A stretch of 64,000 nt of DNA. Origin: Octopus vulgaris (Eukaryota). The first letter of the stretch is position 1, and every line of letters begins with the position of its first letter. Location: assembly GCA_951406725.2 (NCBI GenBank), contig OX597834.1, positions 32,736,001 to 32,800,000 on the forward strand. Direction: 5' to 3'. A model generated the notes under the pieces. It saw only the letters and a list, made by a program, of their open reading frames with translations, did no database searches and was not told where the DNA came from. The translations under genes were made by a program, and so were the position numbers. This document shows positions 50,755 through 64,000 of the stretch, in pieces.

Positions 50755-52814
50755 AGCAAATGTGTGTTAATAAAAAGCGTGTATACGTATGTGTATTTTT
50801 GTATATATATGTGTGTTTATATTGTAGAATCGTGTGTGTGCACACAGCGTCCACCAAGCAGGCGTGTGCACTTCACAACAAAACAGGTGTAAAGATTACG
50901 TAACGGCACAGCAACAAACATACGCATACACACACACACAGATACACACATACACATACACACACACACACATGCACAAATAGCTCAGTGTCTAAAGAAA
51001 TACGTGTGTGTATGTGCGTGTGAATATGTACGCATGTAAAACAAAAACAAAAAAAAGAACAAAGGTGTGGGTGTGTGTGTGTGTATATATGGATGTGTAT
51101 ATGTGTGTATATGGATGTGTATGTGTGTGTGTGTATGTGTGTGTATGGATGTGTATGTGTGTATGGATGTGTGTGTGTGTGTATATGGATGTGTATATGT
51201 GTGTGTATGTGTGTATATGTGTATATGTGTGTGTATATGGATGTGTGTATGTGTGTGTGTATATGGATGTGTGTGTGTATGTGTGTGTGTGTGTGTGTGT
51301 ATATGGATGTGTCTGTGTGTATATGGATGTGTATATGTGTGTATGTATGTGTGTGTGTATGTGTGTGTGTGTGTGTGCAGCGATAAGTAGGGCAGCGGAG
51401 AGAGAGAGAGAGAAGCGGTGGGTGGGGAGGGAAGCGGTTGCTGGTGTTGTGTTTACATGACACAGATCGGTTGAGGTAGAACTTTAAAAATGTCGGGTGG
51501 AAGGGGAGGAAGAAGAGAAGTGAGAGTGAAGAGGCAGAGAGGGAGCGAGCGAGCGGGGGAGTAGAGAGAGAGTGAGAGAGAGAGGGTGGAGAGGAGGGAG
51601 GAAAGGGGAAGTAGAGTGAAATTTATCTGAGAGCTGAGAGAGAGAGAGAAAGAGGAATGGAAAAGGGTGTAAAGGAATATAGGTAAGAAAAAGAAAGCGA
51701 GTAAAGAAGAGAGAGAGAGAGAGAGAGAGGGAGAGGTGATATTGAAAGGCAAAGAAAGCGAGCGGGGGAGTAGAGAATGAGAAAGAGTGTAAAAAAAGGG
51801 AGTGGGAAGTGAAAGCAAGGACTTAAAGAGAGAGAGGGAGTGAGGAAGAGGAAGCGAGCAGGCGGGGGAGTAAAGAGTGTGAAAGAGATTGAGGGAAAGG
51901 GAGAGAGGGAAGTGAAGGTAAAAGAGTTAAAAAATAAAAAAAGAGAGAGAGAGAGAAGTAAAAAGGAAATAATTCAAGGGTGAAGGGGAGAAGCACGGGG
52001 AGTAGGGAGTAGAGAGAGAGAAGAGAGATAGTGAAAGCAATAAAGAGAGGGAAGGAGAGAGATGGAGAAAGACAGAAAGACACGAGAGAGAGAGAGAGAG
52101 AGTGTGTGTGTGTGTGAAGTGTGATGAAAGAAAATGTATAAAGATGTGTCAAAGTTGGACTGAGGCAGAACGTATGTATGTGTGTGTGTGTGTGTGTGAG
52201 TGTAAGAGAAAGAGAATATGAGTGTGTGTGTGTGTGTGTGTATATGCGTGTGAGAGGGAGGGGGGGAAGGAATTTTTAAATAAATAAATAAATAAATAAA
52301 TATGACAACTGCAGACGGTAAATAAACAAAGTCGAACCCTTGCTGTTCCGGTTAAGGTGTTGAGACGTTCCGTGTGTGTGTGTGTGTGTGTATGTGTGTG
52401 TTTGATGGTACTAAAGATGATGATGATGGTGATAGTGATGATGCTAAATAACAACAACAACAACAACAGCAGCAGCAGCAACGAAAAACAAGCCCTTTGT
52501 TCTTGTTTTTGCTTCTTTGATGTCTAATTGAATGATAATAATAATAATGATAATAATAATAATAATGACGACATTGGCGATAGACACGAAGCGGTGATAG
52601 ATGCTAGTAGTGAGAAGCGAGTGGCTTTCGTTTCCGGATGACCCCCGTGGGGCAGAGCCTGGAATTTGTCTGTGTGGAACAATGGATAGCGGATTAGATC
52701 AAACACCATTCTAATCTCCCCCGCTAATTTGACCTATTCCCAAACATATATATATATATATATATATTAAGCAAGAAAGGCTCTGTGTGTGTGTGTGTGT
52801 GTGTTTATAGACGA

Positions 52815-52942
52815 GGGATATAAAGATTGGAAGGAGTACTCAATACGTGTAGAGCTTGTATTATTTATTAAGGAAGCAGCTGGCGATTCACTGCTGTTTG
52901 CTTATAAATAATACTCAGAGTTGCATGCCACGTGCGTTCAAT
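52815..52942 (-). mobile_element. Degenerate family H2 copy
   Basis: Minus strand reads GCAACTCTGAGTA...TTAATAAA...CTCTAC..GTATTGAGTACT..TTCCA, collinear with H2. Confidence 0.45.
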
Positions 52943-54832
52943 CACGTTATGTTATGTATGTCTTAATGATCTCATCCGATAGTGTCGTCACTTCTAGCGA
53001 GTAACAGATGAGCGTGACGGAAGGGGAGAGACAGATATGGAGAGGAAGATGGAGGGGAGAGCTAGAGAGAGAGAGAGATAGAGAGAAAGAGAGGGGGGAG
53101 AGAAACGCAGACAGACAGCGAAAAGGCAAAAAAAAGAGAGGATCGGAAGGAGTAGAAGCTAGTGAGAAAGGGGCAAAAAAAAAAGTGAGGACGAAGATGG
53201 AGAAAGAGAAAGAAGAGAGACAAGACAACGAAGATGCAAAAGAGAGGAAGAGAGGATTGGGGAAAAGGAAGTGCTAGAGAAAGGAAGGGAGGGGGTAAAA
53301 TAGAGAATGGGGAGATACAAATAGAGAGGGAGAGAGAGAGAGAGAGAGATAGACAGGCAGCTAGGATGAAATGATAGGATTAGAAAAGAGAAAAGGGCAA
53401 AAATAGTGGATGGACAGAGAGAAAGGAACAAAAGGAAGGCAAAAAATGTGAGGCTGAAGGGAGAGAAGAAAAAGGGAACGGGAAAAGGGCTAAAAAAAAT
53501 GAGGTGACAGTGATAGAGAGAGAGAAAGATGGAGAGAGAGCGAGGCACAGATAGAGTGGAAGGGAGCCAAAAGCCCTTTTATGGCCGGTCACCACAAGTG
53601 ATCTTTTGTCACACGCTGAACATTCCGGTTCTCTTTTTTCGTGTTTGTTGACACTTTCGCATTTGTCGTGCTTACTGAAGTGTTTGTGCTACTGATGATG
53701 ATGATGATGATGATGATGATAATGGCAATGTGTGTGTGTGTGTGTGAACAATGATCGAATAGTGCGTGTCTACTGATGTTTATTTGCTATTTACGATGAC
53801 AATGGTGTGTGTATGTATGTATGTATGTAAGAGCAATCTCGGTTAGTAAGTGTGTGTCTGTATGTGTATGTGTATCTTCTAATGTTTGCTGTTAAAGACG
53901 ATGATGTTTGTGCAATGGTCGGATAGTGTGTATGTGTTTATATGCATATATCCGTCTACTGATGTTTTTAATTTATCATTACTATTATGATGATGTTTCA
54001 ACAATGTTTGGATGCTGTGTATATATATATATATATATGCGTGTGTCTAGCTAATTCTCTTATTTGCTTCTATTTACTATGAAGCTACCTTCGTCTATCT
54101 ATTTATCTCTCTATCTTCTTTCGTCTATCTCGCTTCCTTCACTTGTCTGTCTGTCTGTCGCCCCCTTAATCTTTCTTTCCGTCTACTTAACTTTCGTCTA
54201 CTCGCTCTCTTTCCCCCCGCCACCTCCTCTACTTATCTATCTCTCTCACACTTCGTCTGTCTATAAAATTTCCTTCCTCTCAGAGTATTATTATTCGTCT
54301 GTTCTGTTCCCCCCAACACACAGACTCTTAACTCTTTGCAGTATCTAGCAAGATATAACAGCTGATATACAAACACACATACACAGATACACTCACACAC
54401 ACACACTAAGGGACAATGTTGAAAGGGGGCACATGCATTATCAGCTTCTACATAGGCATGTCAAAGTGTTTTATGATATAGACACACGTCTGTTATTATT
54501 ATCTATAGTTATTGAATAATCTATAGTTATTGAATAATAACTAAGCTAGCTGTTATGAAACGTAAACAACTATTCGCATCTGTATATGTAAGACCTAAAT
54601 GCGTGTGTGTGCGTACATATATAATATATGTATATATACACACAGATATGTATGTGTGTATATATGTATTGTTTATTTACAATCTATAATGCATCGATAT
54701 TTTTGTTGATGTTGTGAACCAATTCGCGATGACAGTCTAGCCTTCATATACATACATATATATATTTATATACACACGCATATACGAACGTATTATCTGT
54801 TGCTAATTCAGGTGAGTGCGTGCGTGCACGTA

Positions 54833-54872
<40 letters not shown>

Positions 54873-56189
54873 TATATATATTATAGCTTATTATGATCTG
54901 CGCAAAAGGAGGCGTACATAATATATAAAAACACGAAAGATATATATATATATATACCACGCAATTAGTGAAACCTCAGCCCTAGTGGAGCTCAGTTTAG
55001 ATACAAAAAATATGCAATTTACATACAGAATTTATCACACAAACACACACATATATACATATATATGTGTTGGAATTTGGGGGAGGGTCTGTGTGCCGAG
55101 TCCACGTCTTTACTTTACGGGATTCTTATTGTAATTATTATTATTATTATTAATACAGACACTACCGGGTTCGTTCTTGTCTCCTAACTTCCTCCAATGC
55201 AGCCAGACGGCTTATATGTTTTGTTATTGTTGTATATATATATATATATCTGTTATTTGTAGAGGTTTGTATTTTGCATGTTCAAAATGGTTTCTTTTTT
55301 TACTTTCTTTCTTTACAAGGATTTGACCATCTAACAATTTAAGGGTTCGTTTCTTATGCCCCTTACAGATTTATCTTTCATTGTTCTCCCTAATTTTTTT
55401 AAAAAAATTTCTTCCCTTCTTCTCTTACAATTTCATCATCACATCAAACAACAGAACATGGAAAGAGTTTGTCTGTTTTCCTGAGTCAAAGAATTTAAGT
55501 CTTTCTGGCGGAACAAAACACCCGAAACGATCACACACACACACAGACGTCTATATATATATATATCTATACAACATGCATATAGGCACTCGCATTAATG
55601 TATATACAAAATGTATTTATATATTACACACGTATGTATATATGCATAAATACACACACACTATATAAATATATGTATACACTCACATCTATAAATATCT
55701 ATATAGCAAGCATATAGGCACACGGGCAGTCACGTTCATGTATATATGAAATGCGTTTGTTTATGTATAATCTACGCATGCATGTATGCACACACATATA
55801 AATATATATATGTATTTATGCACAGAAACATAAGCATATAAATGTATTAAATATACATGTGAGCGTGTATAATTGTGTACCGGAGTCTACGCACGTATGT
55901 ATACAGTTATATGTACAAATATATAATCGTATGTGCCATTGTGTGCCGACTTTGTTTATGTATAGAAAACATGCACGTCCATACACGCATATATATTTTT
56001 TTATAAACAAAAAATGTATCAGTACATACACACTTGTGCACCGGAATCTATTTATATATATTTATAGAGAAATATGTATTATAAAAAATATAAAGAAAAA
56101 TTTTATAGACGTTTGAAAAATGAATGTGCGTGGGGTATGTATTGTATATTACAGTATGTTTGTATAGCATATAATAAAATTACTCTATA

Positions 56190-57145
56190 CACAATTATAT
56201 ATAAATACTTTAAGAAAAAAAAACACGTTGTATGTGTTGTGTGTTTATATAGCAAGTATGCATATATATAAACATATATATATATACAATTTATACACAA
56301 TTATATTTATATCTACATTAAAAAATGTTTATAAGTGTTGTGTTTATACAGCGTGTATGTATATATATATATATACACATATATACGCAATTATATATAT
56401 ACTTTAAAAAAGTGCTTGTAGGTGTGTTTATACAGCATGTATGCACATGTATATGCATATATATACTTTAAAAATACTTGTATGTTTAGTGTTTATATAG
56501 CATGTATGTATATATTTACAGTTATATATTTTTAAAAAGTGTTTGTATGTGCTCTGTGTTTATATAGCATGTATGCATATATATATATTTATAATATACA
56601 CATGTATGTATATATATGTACATATATAGTTTTATATATATATATATATACTTTAAAAATACTTATGTTTAGTGTTTATATAGCATGTATGTATATATTT
56701 ACAGTTATATATTTTATAAAAGTGTTTGTATGTGCTCTGTGTTTATATAGTATGTATGCATATATATATACACATGTATGTATATATATCTACTTATATA
56801 GTTATATATATATATACTTTAAAAAAGTGCTTGTATGCGCTGTGTGTTTATATAGCATGTATGCATATATATATATACACATGTATGTATATATATCTAC
56901 TTATATAGTTATATGTATATATACTTTAAAAAAGTGCTTGTATGCGCTGTGTGTTTATATAGCATGTATGCATATATATATACACATGTATGTATATATA
57001 TATCTACTTATATAGTTATATATATACTTTAAAAAAGTGCTTGTAGGTGTTGTTTATATAGCATGTATGCATATATTTACAGTTATATACTTTTAAAAAA
57101 AGTGCTTGTATGTGTTGTGTGTTTATATAGCATGCATGCAGGTAT
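56190..57145. repeat. Degenerate AT-rich minisatellite (units of about 60 and 105 bp)
   Basis: TATACTTTAAAAAAGTGCTTGTATG..GTGTTTATATAGCATGTATG repeated more than 10 times. Confidence 0.85.
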
Positions 57146-57893
57146 ATATATATGTATTATATATATATATTATATACACACACACACGTTGGCACCAGAT
57201 TTGGTAATAATTATTCGTGGGAGTTATTTTTCATAAACAATTATTATTTTTTTCGGTATATTTTTTTTTTAGTTTTTTTTTGGGGTCATCTCAAAGAATT
57301 AAGGTTTTTACAGATGCAACAGAAAAATAAAGTGTATACAAAAAAAATAAATACAAAATAATCCTGTCAGCCGTGGTTCCTGTAAAGTGGTTTAAATTTC
57401 GCCCTCCACCCACGCAAGCGACATCTCGCCATTTCTCTCCAAGACACTTGCCCGGGGAAGCTGCTACTTTTCGCAGCCGCATTTTCGTATCAGCCACATA
57501 CATGGAAAAAAAAGTAGGAGAAAAAACAAACCCACGGATTTCTATATTTTATTTCAACATTCTTTTCGTTTTATCTAGTTACTATACGTTATTTTAAGAT
57601 GTGTAATACTTGGTTTTATATCATATTATATTATATTATATTATATGTGTGTGTCTGAAACCGTGGCGAAAACCTCTGAGTAGCGCCCGAATGAATCATT
57701 AGCTTCTAAAGAAAGATTCTTCTTGTTTGTTAAGTGCGGTCTGCCTCGGTTCTTTATGCAAACTTCTAATTCTCTATATATATACGTATATGTGCCTGTT
57801 CGTGCGCATAAACATACATATATAGGCATTTATATATATATATATATAAATGTATCTATGCATATATGTATGTATGCATATATATGTATGTAT

Positions 57894-58114
57894 AAGGCGG
57901 CGAGCTGGCAGAAACGTTAGCACGCCGAGCGAAATGCGTTGCCGTATTTCGTCTGCCGCTACGTTCTAAGTTCAAATTCCGCCGAGGTCGACTTTGCCTT
58001 TTATCCTTTCGGGGTTGATAAATTAAGTACCAGTTACGCACTGGGGTCGATGTAATCGACTTAATCCCTTTGTCTGTCCTTGTGTTTAGCCCTACCTGTG
58101 GGTAGTAAAGAAAT
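57894..58114 (+). mobile_element. SINE family B, full length
   Basis: Matches 1499-1730. Confidence 0.9.
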
Positions 58115-58231
58115 ATATATATATATGTATGTATATATGTGTGTGTGTATTTGTATATATGTATGCATATATATATACGTGTGTGTATGTACACACACAC
58201 AAGCACGCACATCTATTTATATATATATATA

Positions 58232-58635
58232 TTCTTTAACTTGTTTCAGTCATTTTGACTGTGGCCATGCTGGAGCACTGCCTATTTAGTTGAAGAAATC
58301 GACCCCTGGACTTGCTCTTTGTAAGCCTGGTACTTATTCTATCAGTCTCTTTTGCTGAACCTCTATGTTACAGGGGATGTAAACACACCAACATCAGTTG
58401 TTCAGTGATGGTGGCGGGGACAAATACACAAACATATATATATATATATATATACACATATATATATATATGTATATATATATTACGACGGGCTTCTTTC
58501 AGTTTCCTTCAACCAAATCCACTCTTAAAACTTTGGTCAACCCAAGGTTATAGTAGAAGACACCTGCCCAAGGTGCCATGCAGTAGGACTGAACCCAGAA
58601 CCATGTGATTGGGAAGCAGGCTTCTTGCTACACAC
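58232..58635 (-). mobile_element. SINE family A, full length
   Basis: Collinear with family A. Confidence 0.85.
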
Positions 58636-58747
58636 ACACGTATATGTGTTTAAGTATATATATGTATGTATATGTACATCCATATTTAGGTGTGTGTGTG
58701 TATATATATACATATGTGTTTAGGTATATATATGTATGTATATATAA

Positions 58748-59410
58748 GTGCAGGAGTGGCTGTGTTAAGTAGTTTGCTTACCAACCACATGGTTCCGGGT
58801 TCAATCCCACTGCGTGGTACCTTGGGCAAGTGTCTTCTACTGTAGCCTCAGGCCGACCAAGGCCTTGTGAATGGATTTGGTAAACGGAAACTGAAAGCTC
58901 CTTATATATATATATATATATATATAAAGTACCCCGATCCCCAAAGTACCCCGGACCTCGTTGCCCCCGTGCCGCTGACACGTTAAAATGCCAGACCCTC
59001 CGGCCCCTGTGCAGGTGGCACGTAAAAAGCACCCAATCCACTCACGGAGTGGTTGGCGTTAGGAAGGGCATCCAGCCGTAGAAACTCTGCCAGATTCAGA
59101 CTGGAGCCTGGAGTGGCCCCTGGCTTCCCAGACCCGGTCGAACCGTCCAACCCGTGCTAGCGCGGAAAGCGGACGTTAAACGATGATGATGATGATGATG
59201 ATGATATGTGTGTGTGTTTGTCCCCCCACCATCGCTTGACAACTGACTGATATTGGTGTGTTTACATCCTTGTAACTTAGCAGTTTGATAAAAGAGACCG
59301 ATAGAATAAATACTGTGCTTACAAAGAATAAGTCCTGGGGATGATTTGTTTGACTAAAGGCAGTGCTCCAGCATGGCCACAGTCAAATGACTGAAACAAG
59401 TAAGAAGAAA
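58748..59410 (+). mobile_element. SINE family A, interrupted by an RTE-related element
   Basis: 5' half at 58748-58900, 3' half at 59205-59410. Confidence 0.85.
58926..59204 (+). mobile_element. RTE-related non-autonomous retroposon with (GAT)n tail
   Basis: GGTTGGCGTTAGGAAGGGCATCCAGCCGTAGAAAC (resembles RTE 5'UTR motif) and GCGGACGTTAAAC(GAT)n end. Confidence 0.7.
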
Positions 59411-59679
59411 GATATGTATTTATATGTGTGTATATATACATATATACATACATGTATATGCACATATACATACACAGTGTAACTCAAAACAGATAAGCCT
59501 ATAATTAAAAGTGTGTAAAAATATCAGGTTAGAAAAAGACCCTCAGATATAAAATGTTGGATGTGAACCCACATCTTCTCAACACAGACACACTCACAAA
59601 CCTATGAGAGACAGATAGACAAATATGTCAAAAATAAATAAACATCAATTCTGAAAGGAATTATTTCTAGAAACAAAAT

Positions 59680-60050
59680 ACATATGGTTGCGGGTTCAGT
59701 CCCACTGCGTGGCATCTTGGGCAAGTGTCTTCTGCTATAGCCCCGGGCCGACCAATGCCTTGTGAGTGGATTTGGTAGACAGAAACTGAAAAGAAGCCTG
59801 TCGTATATATGTATATATATATGTGTATGTGTGTGTGTTTGTGTGTCTGTGTTTGTCCCCCTAGCATTGCTTGACAACCGATGCTGGTGTGTCTACGTCC
59901 CCGCCACTTAGCGGTTCGGCAAAAGAGACCAATAGAATAAGTACTGGGCTTACAAAGAATAAGTCCCGGGGTCGATTTGATCGACTAAAGGCGGTGCTCC
60001 AGCATGGCCGCAGTCAAATGACCGAAACAAGTAAAAGAGAAAAAGAGAAA
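59680..60050 (+). mobile_element. SINE family A, 5'-truncated
   Basis: Collinear with family A. Confidence 0.9.
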
Positions 60051-60637
60051 ATAATGTAATTTGATTCATTAAATACTTAATCTATTGTTTAGTAGACATG
60101 CCTTTTGCAGTTTTTTTAATGATTTAACTTGCTTGTGTTAAACCTACACGAAATCTCCCTCTCTCTCCAAATACACACACACACACACAAAACATGCTGT
60201 GTAGTACCTGTACCTATTAAATAATAATACAAACTAACCAATAATTGTTTGTTATGTAAATTAGGTCAGTCCGATGGAGTTGTAATCATTTATGTATCTA
60301 CTATAAATACATAGAAGTCACCACACTCCGTTTGGTCTGTATGATGACTAATAGCTGATTGATGAAGCAGTAAACAGGGTCGATATCCCTTTTCTTTTTT
60401 TTCTTATTAGTGATCGAGAAAATCAGGTGGGTTAGCAATAATAACAGAGCTTCATGGTAAGGCCTAACAGTGTGTGTTTACTAAAAGCACACTCCGCTAC
60501 CTCACATCATTCTCTTTCTCTCTCTCTCTTTCCCTTTTATTTCTCTTGTCGTTCTTTTTCTCTTTACCATATATATATATATAAATATATTTTTTTTTTC
60601 CTCTGTCTTCCCTTCTCTGGATCTTTCCTTCTCTTAT

Positions 60638-60672
60638 GTTTCCGATGAAGAGCTCCGCTCGAAACGTTAAAC
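60638..60672 (+). ncRNA. Minimal type I hammerhead ribozyme motif (H1), within element 60592-60770
   Basis: GTTT-CCGATGA-A-GAGC(TCC)GCTC-GAAA-CG-TT-AAAC. Confidence 0.6.
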
Positions 60673-60765
60673 CCTCCTTCTTTCCTTCTTTCCTGAGCGT
60701 CCAATAATACTATATTTGTTCCACGTCCTCGTGTTGTTGTGTTTTTTGTGTTTTCTTGTTTGGAT

Positions 60766-60819
<54 letters not shown>

Positions 60820-60859
60820 TGTTAGAAGAAATGAGGTACTCAGAAAATCGGATGGTTTA

Positions 60860-61193
60860 TATTTACAGATATTTATTTGTATATTACATGTTTTTATACA
60901 TCATATAACTTAGATCATGTATTAGCGCTTTCTCCCATTCTAGTGGGGTTTTCAAATCAAACTAAGTTCCTGTGTGAAAAGTTTTGACCATTTTATAGTG
61001 GTATTGAGTTTGTACTGTCTTATATTCCTCCCCACCACTACAAACTCAATACCACTATAAAATGGTCAAAACTTTTCACACAGGAACTTAGTTTGATTTG
61101 AAAACCCCACTAGAATGGGAGAAAGCGCTAATACATGATCTAAGTTATATGATGTATAAAAACATGTAATATACAAATAGATATCTGTAAATA
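60860..61193. repeat. Near-perfect inverted repeat, 155-bp arms, 24-nt spacer
   Basis: 60860-61014 is the reverse complement of 61039-61193; I see one mismatch. Confidence 0.95.
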
Positions 61194-61225
61194 AAAAAAA
61201 ATACCTGTACATCATCTCCAAACCT

Positions 61226-61285
<60 letters not shown>

Positions 61286-61435
61286 ACCCATATGTGCATA
61301 TTTAAACATGCATATATATTTACATGTATATACATATATCTACACACACACACGCTTATATACATTTATATACATACATGTATGTGCTTATATATATACA
61401 CCAGAGTAAGCACATAAATGTGAAATCACAAAAAA

Positions 61436-61477
61436 AACTGCTACTCACAGTTTCATGTTCCCGTTCATCGGGCAGTT
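61436..61477 (-). ncRNA. Type I hammerhead ribozyme motif (H2)
   Basis: Minus strand AACTGC-CCGATGA-ACG(GGAA)CAT-GAAA-CTGTGAG-TA-GCAGTT. Confidence 0.65.
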
Positions 61478-61491
61478 GAGATGTAGAATGG

Positions 61492-62007
61492 AATGATCCA
61501 TCCTGGATCACAAACTGCCCGACAAACAGAAATGTGAAACTCTGAGTAGCAGTTTTTTGTTGCAGCTTTAATAATAAACTATGTACACACACACACACAC
61601 ATATATATATACTCACATATATATATACTCATTTATATATATACATACACATACACACACATATATATACATTTATATATATATACATACATATACTTTG
61701 ATACTTTGAGTTTGCCATTATTGGCTTAGCACCATGTCTAACTTAATGATCCATCCTGGATCACAAACTGCCCGACAAACAGAAATGTGAAACTCTGAGT
61801 AGCAGTTTTTTGTTGCAGCTTTAATAATAAACTATGTACACACACACACACACATATATATATACTCACATATATATATACTCATTTATATATATACATA
61901 CACATACACACACATATATATACATTTATATATATATATACATACATATACTTTGATACTTTGATAGGTTTCGGCCATTATTGGCTTAGCACCATGTCTA
62001 ACTTAAT
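61492..62007. repeat. Tandem duplication, unit about 253 bp
   Basis: AATGATCCATCCTGGATCAC... at 61492 and 61745. Confidence 0.9.
61512..61555 (+). ncRNA. Hammerhead motif (H2) with G8A core change; duplicate at 61765-61808
   Basis: AAACTGC-CCGACAA-ACA(GAAA)TGT-GAAA-CTCTGAG-TA-GCAGTTT; probably inactive. Confidence 0.55.
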
Positions 62008-62008
62008 A

Positions 62009-62101
<93 letters not shown>

Positions 62102-62161
62102 CAAACACATATATATACATATATATATGATGATGATATATATATATACATATATATACAC

Positions 62162-62222
<61 letters not shown>

Positions 62223-62374
62223 CACATATATATATATACACATATATATGATGATTATATATATATATGTACACACAAACACATATATATACATATATAT
62301 GATGATGATGATATATATATATACATATATATACACATATATATACATATATATATATACACACATATATATAA

Positions 62375-62423
<49 letters not shown>

Positions 62424-62580
62424 ACAGTAAGCACATAAATATGAAACAAGGTGGAAAAAATAGTACTTAAATACCAGAGGTAGAGTAATATGCTTTATTA
62501 AAATGCTGCTAACATATCACAAAAGCTGTTACTCAGAGTTGTATATATATGGATATATATATATATATGGATATATATAT

Positions 62581-64000
62581 GGTAGTTGGCTACTACTTAT
62601 GCAAAATTTGACCACCTCCTGTACCTACACCTTAGCATCATCATGGCATCTGATGTGACTTTTTAAACCAGACAATGTTCTGAAAAGACACCCACACAGA
62701 TTGCACATCCAATTTGGACCACTAAGAGCTGTAGATAAGTTCTGATCTTTGTGGATCTTAAAATGTCTTCTGAGGCCTCTGTTAGATTTGCAAATCTTCT
62801 GGCATACACAGCATTCAAATGTGTGCACAGACATATAGGCAGAATAAGTTGGTGTAGGTTCGTTTTCCATGGGTTCGCAGATGAGATTTGAGCCCAGCAA
62901 AAGACAGGAATGGTCTGTCACAGACTGTGCACACAAAAATGTCACTGAGATTCACCTCTTGATCGCAACATTCTTCTTTACATCTCTCTTGAGTCTTGCA
63001 TGTGTCATCCTGGCTTCCTCAAATGCTTTCACTCCACTCCACACTTTTATTTGCCATTCAACTTGATCCAAAGCAAGGGTTTCTATGTCTTCTGGATCCA
63101 TCCCAAGTAACTTCATGGTAGTCCTTATGCTGTCCTTAAACCTTTTTAGGTTTATGCCGATAGCATTTCCCCTCTGCAAGCTCACCATAAAACAGCTGTT
63201 TCGGCATGCGTTCATCTGCCATTCAAACAATATGGACACACCATTTCATCTGGTTCCTCAAAATCATAGCTTTAATTGAGGTGATGCCTGCAAATGCAAG
63301 GACATCTGCATTTGGAGTAAAAGAACTCCATTTAATTTTTAAAATGCGATGAAGGCATTTTTGGTGGAATTGTTCTAACAATTTAAAATGCCTTTCATAA
63401 CAAGTCCAAGTTCCACAAGAATACAACAGAGATGGTAAGACAAATGATTTGTGAAAGCCAGCTTTGTATTTTTATTTATATGTTGCTGGCACCAAATGCG
63501 TGACTCCAAGCCACCAAATGCTTTTGCTGCCCTTTGAATTTGCAGCTGTAGTTCTGTATCAAGTATTCCATCATTTTGAACAGAGCTTCCGAGGTAGACG
63601 AACGAATTGACAACCGCAAGTTACTTTCCCTTAACAAAAATTTTAGGGAGGTTACAAATAGCACCACATGCAGGTTGATGCATTGCAACTGTTTTTTTTC
63701 AAATTGATGGTCAAGCCAAAATCATCACAAGCCGAGTCAAATGCAGATACAAGAGTTTGCAGACCTGTTTCAGAATGACTGAAAAGATAGCAATCATCAG
63801 CATACAAAAGTTCCCTAATGAGTGAACTAAAGCCCTTCATTTTGAATTTCAATCTGGTCAGATTAAAAACATTCCCTGTTGTTTGATATTTTATCTAAAT
63901 ACCCTCCTCAGAGTTTTGAAAAGCATGTGACAACACAACAGTAAAGTATATTGCAAAGAGGGTGAGTGCATCAATGTCTCCTTGCTTTACTCTATTTTCC
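62581..64000 (-). pseudogene. RTE (BovB-like) LINE: reverse transcriptase domain to C-terminal C2H2 zinc fingers, disrupted; runs off the window
   Basis: VKQG..LF.IYF, IRELLYADDC..GLTINLKK, LLYSCGTWT..LEQFHQKCLHRILKIKW, KRFKD, two CxxC..HxxxH fingers; multiple frameshifts and stops. Confidence 0.92.

Overview
Eukaryotic, AT-rich, microsatellite-saturated non-coding DNA. The repeat content suggests an octopod cephalopod (inference from SINE types and microsatellite load; not database-checked). No intact host protein-coding gene is visible, and nearly all listed ORFs are translations of microsatellites or SINEs. The window holds many copies of two tRNA-derived SINE families (here called A and B), rarer short retroposons, 3' fragments of CR1-like, R4/Dong-like and RTE LINEs, several MITEs and foldback elements, and some unique islands that look cis-regulatory. 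A possible minus-strand non-coding 5' exon region lies near 46.2-50.6 kb. The most notable signal is two families of small non-autonomous elements carrying type I hammerhead-ribozyme folds with a variant core (CCGANGA); one family shows compensatory base-pair changes between copies. Their tandem and inverted arrangement resembles Penelope-like element termini. Also notable are a SINE/LINE shared 3' tail with a covarying hairpin, a 108-bp target-site-like duplication around a CR1 fragment, and a 155-bp near-perfect hairpin. Ends of degenerate repeat copies are approximate.
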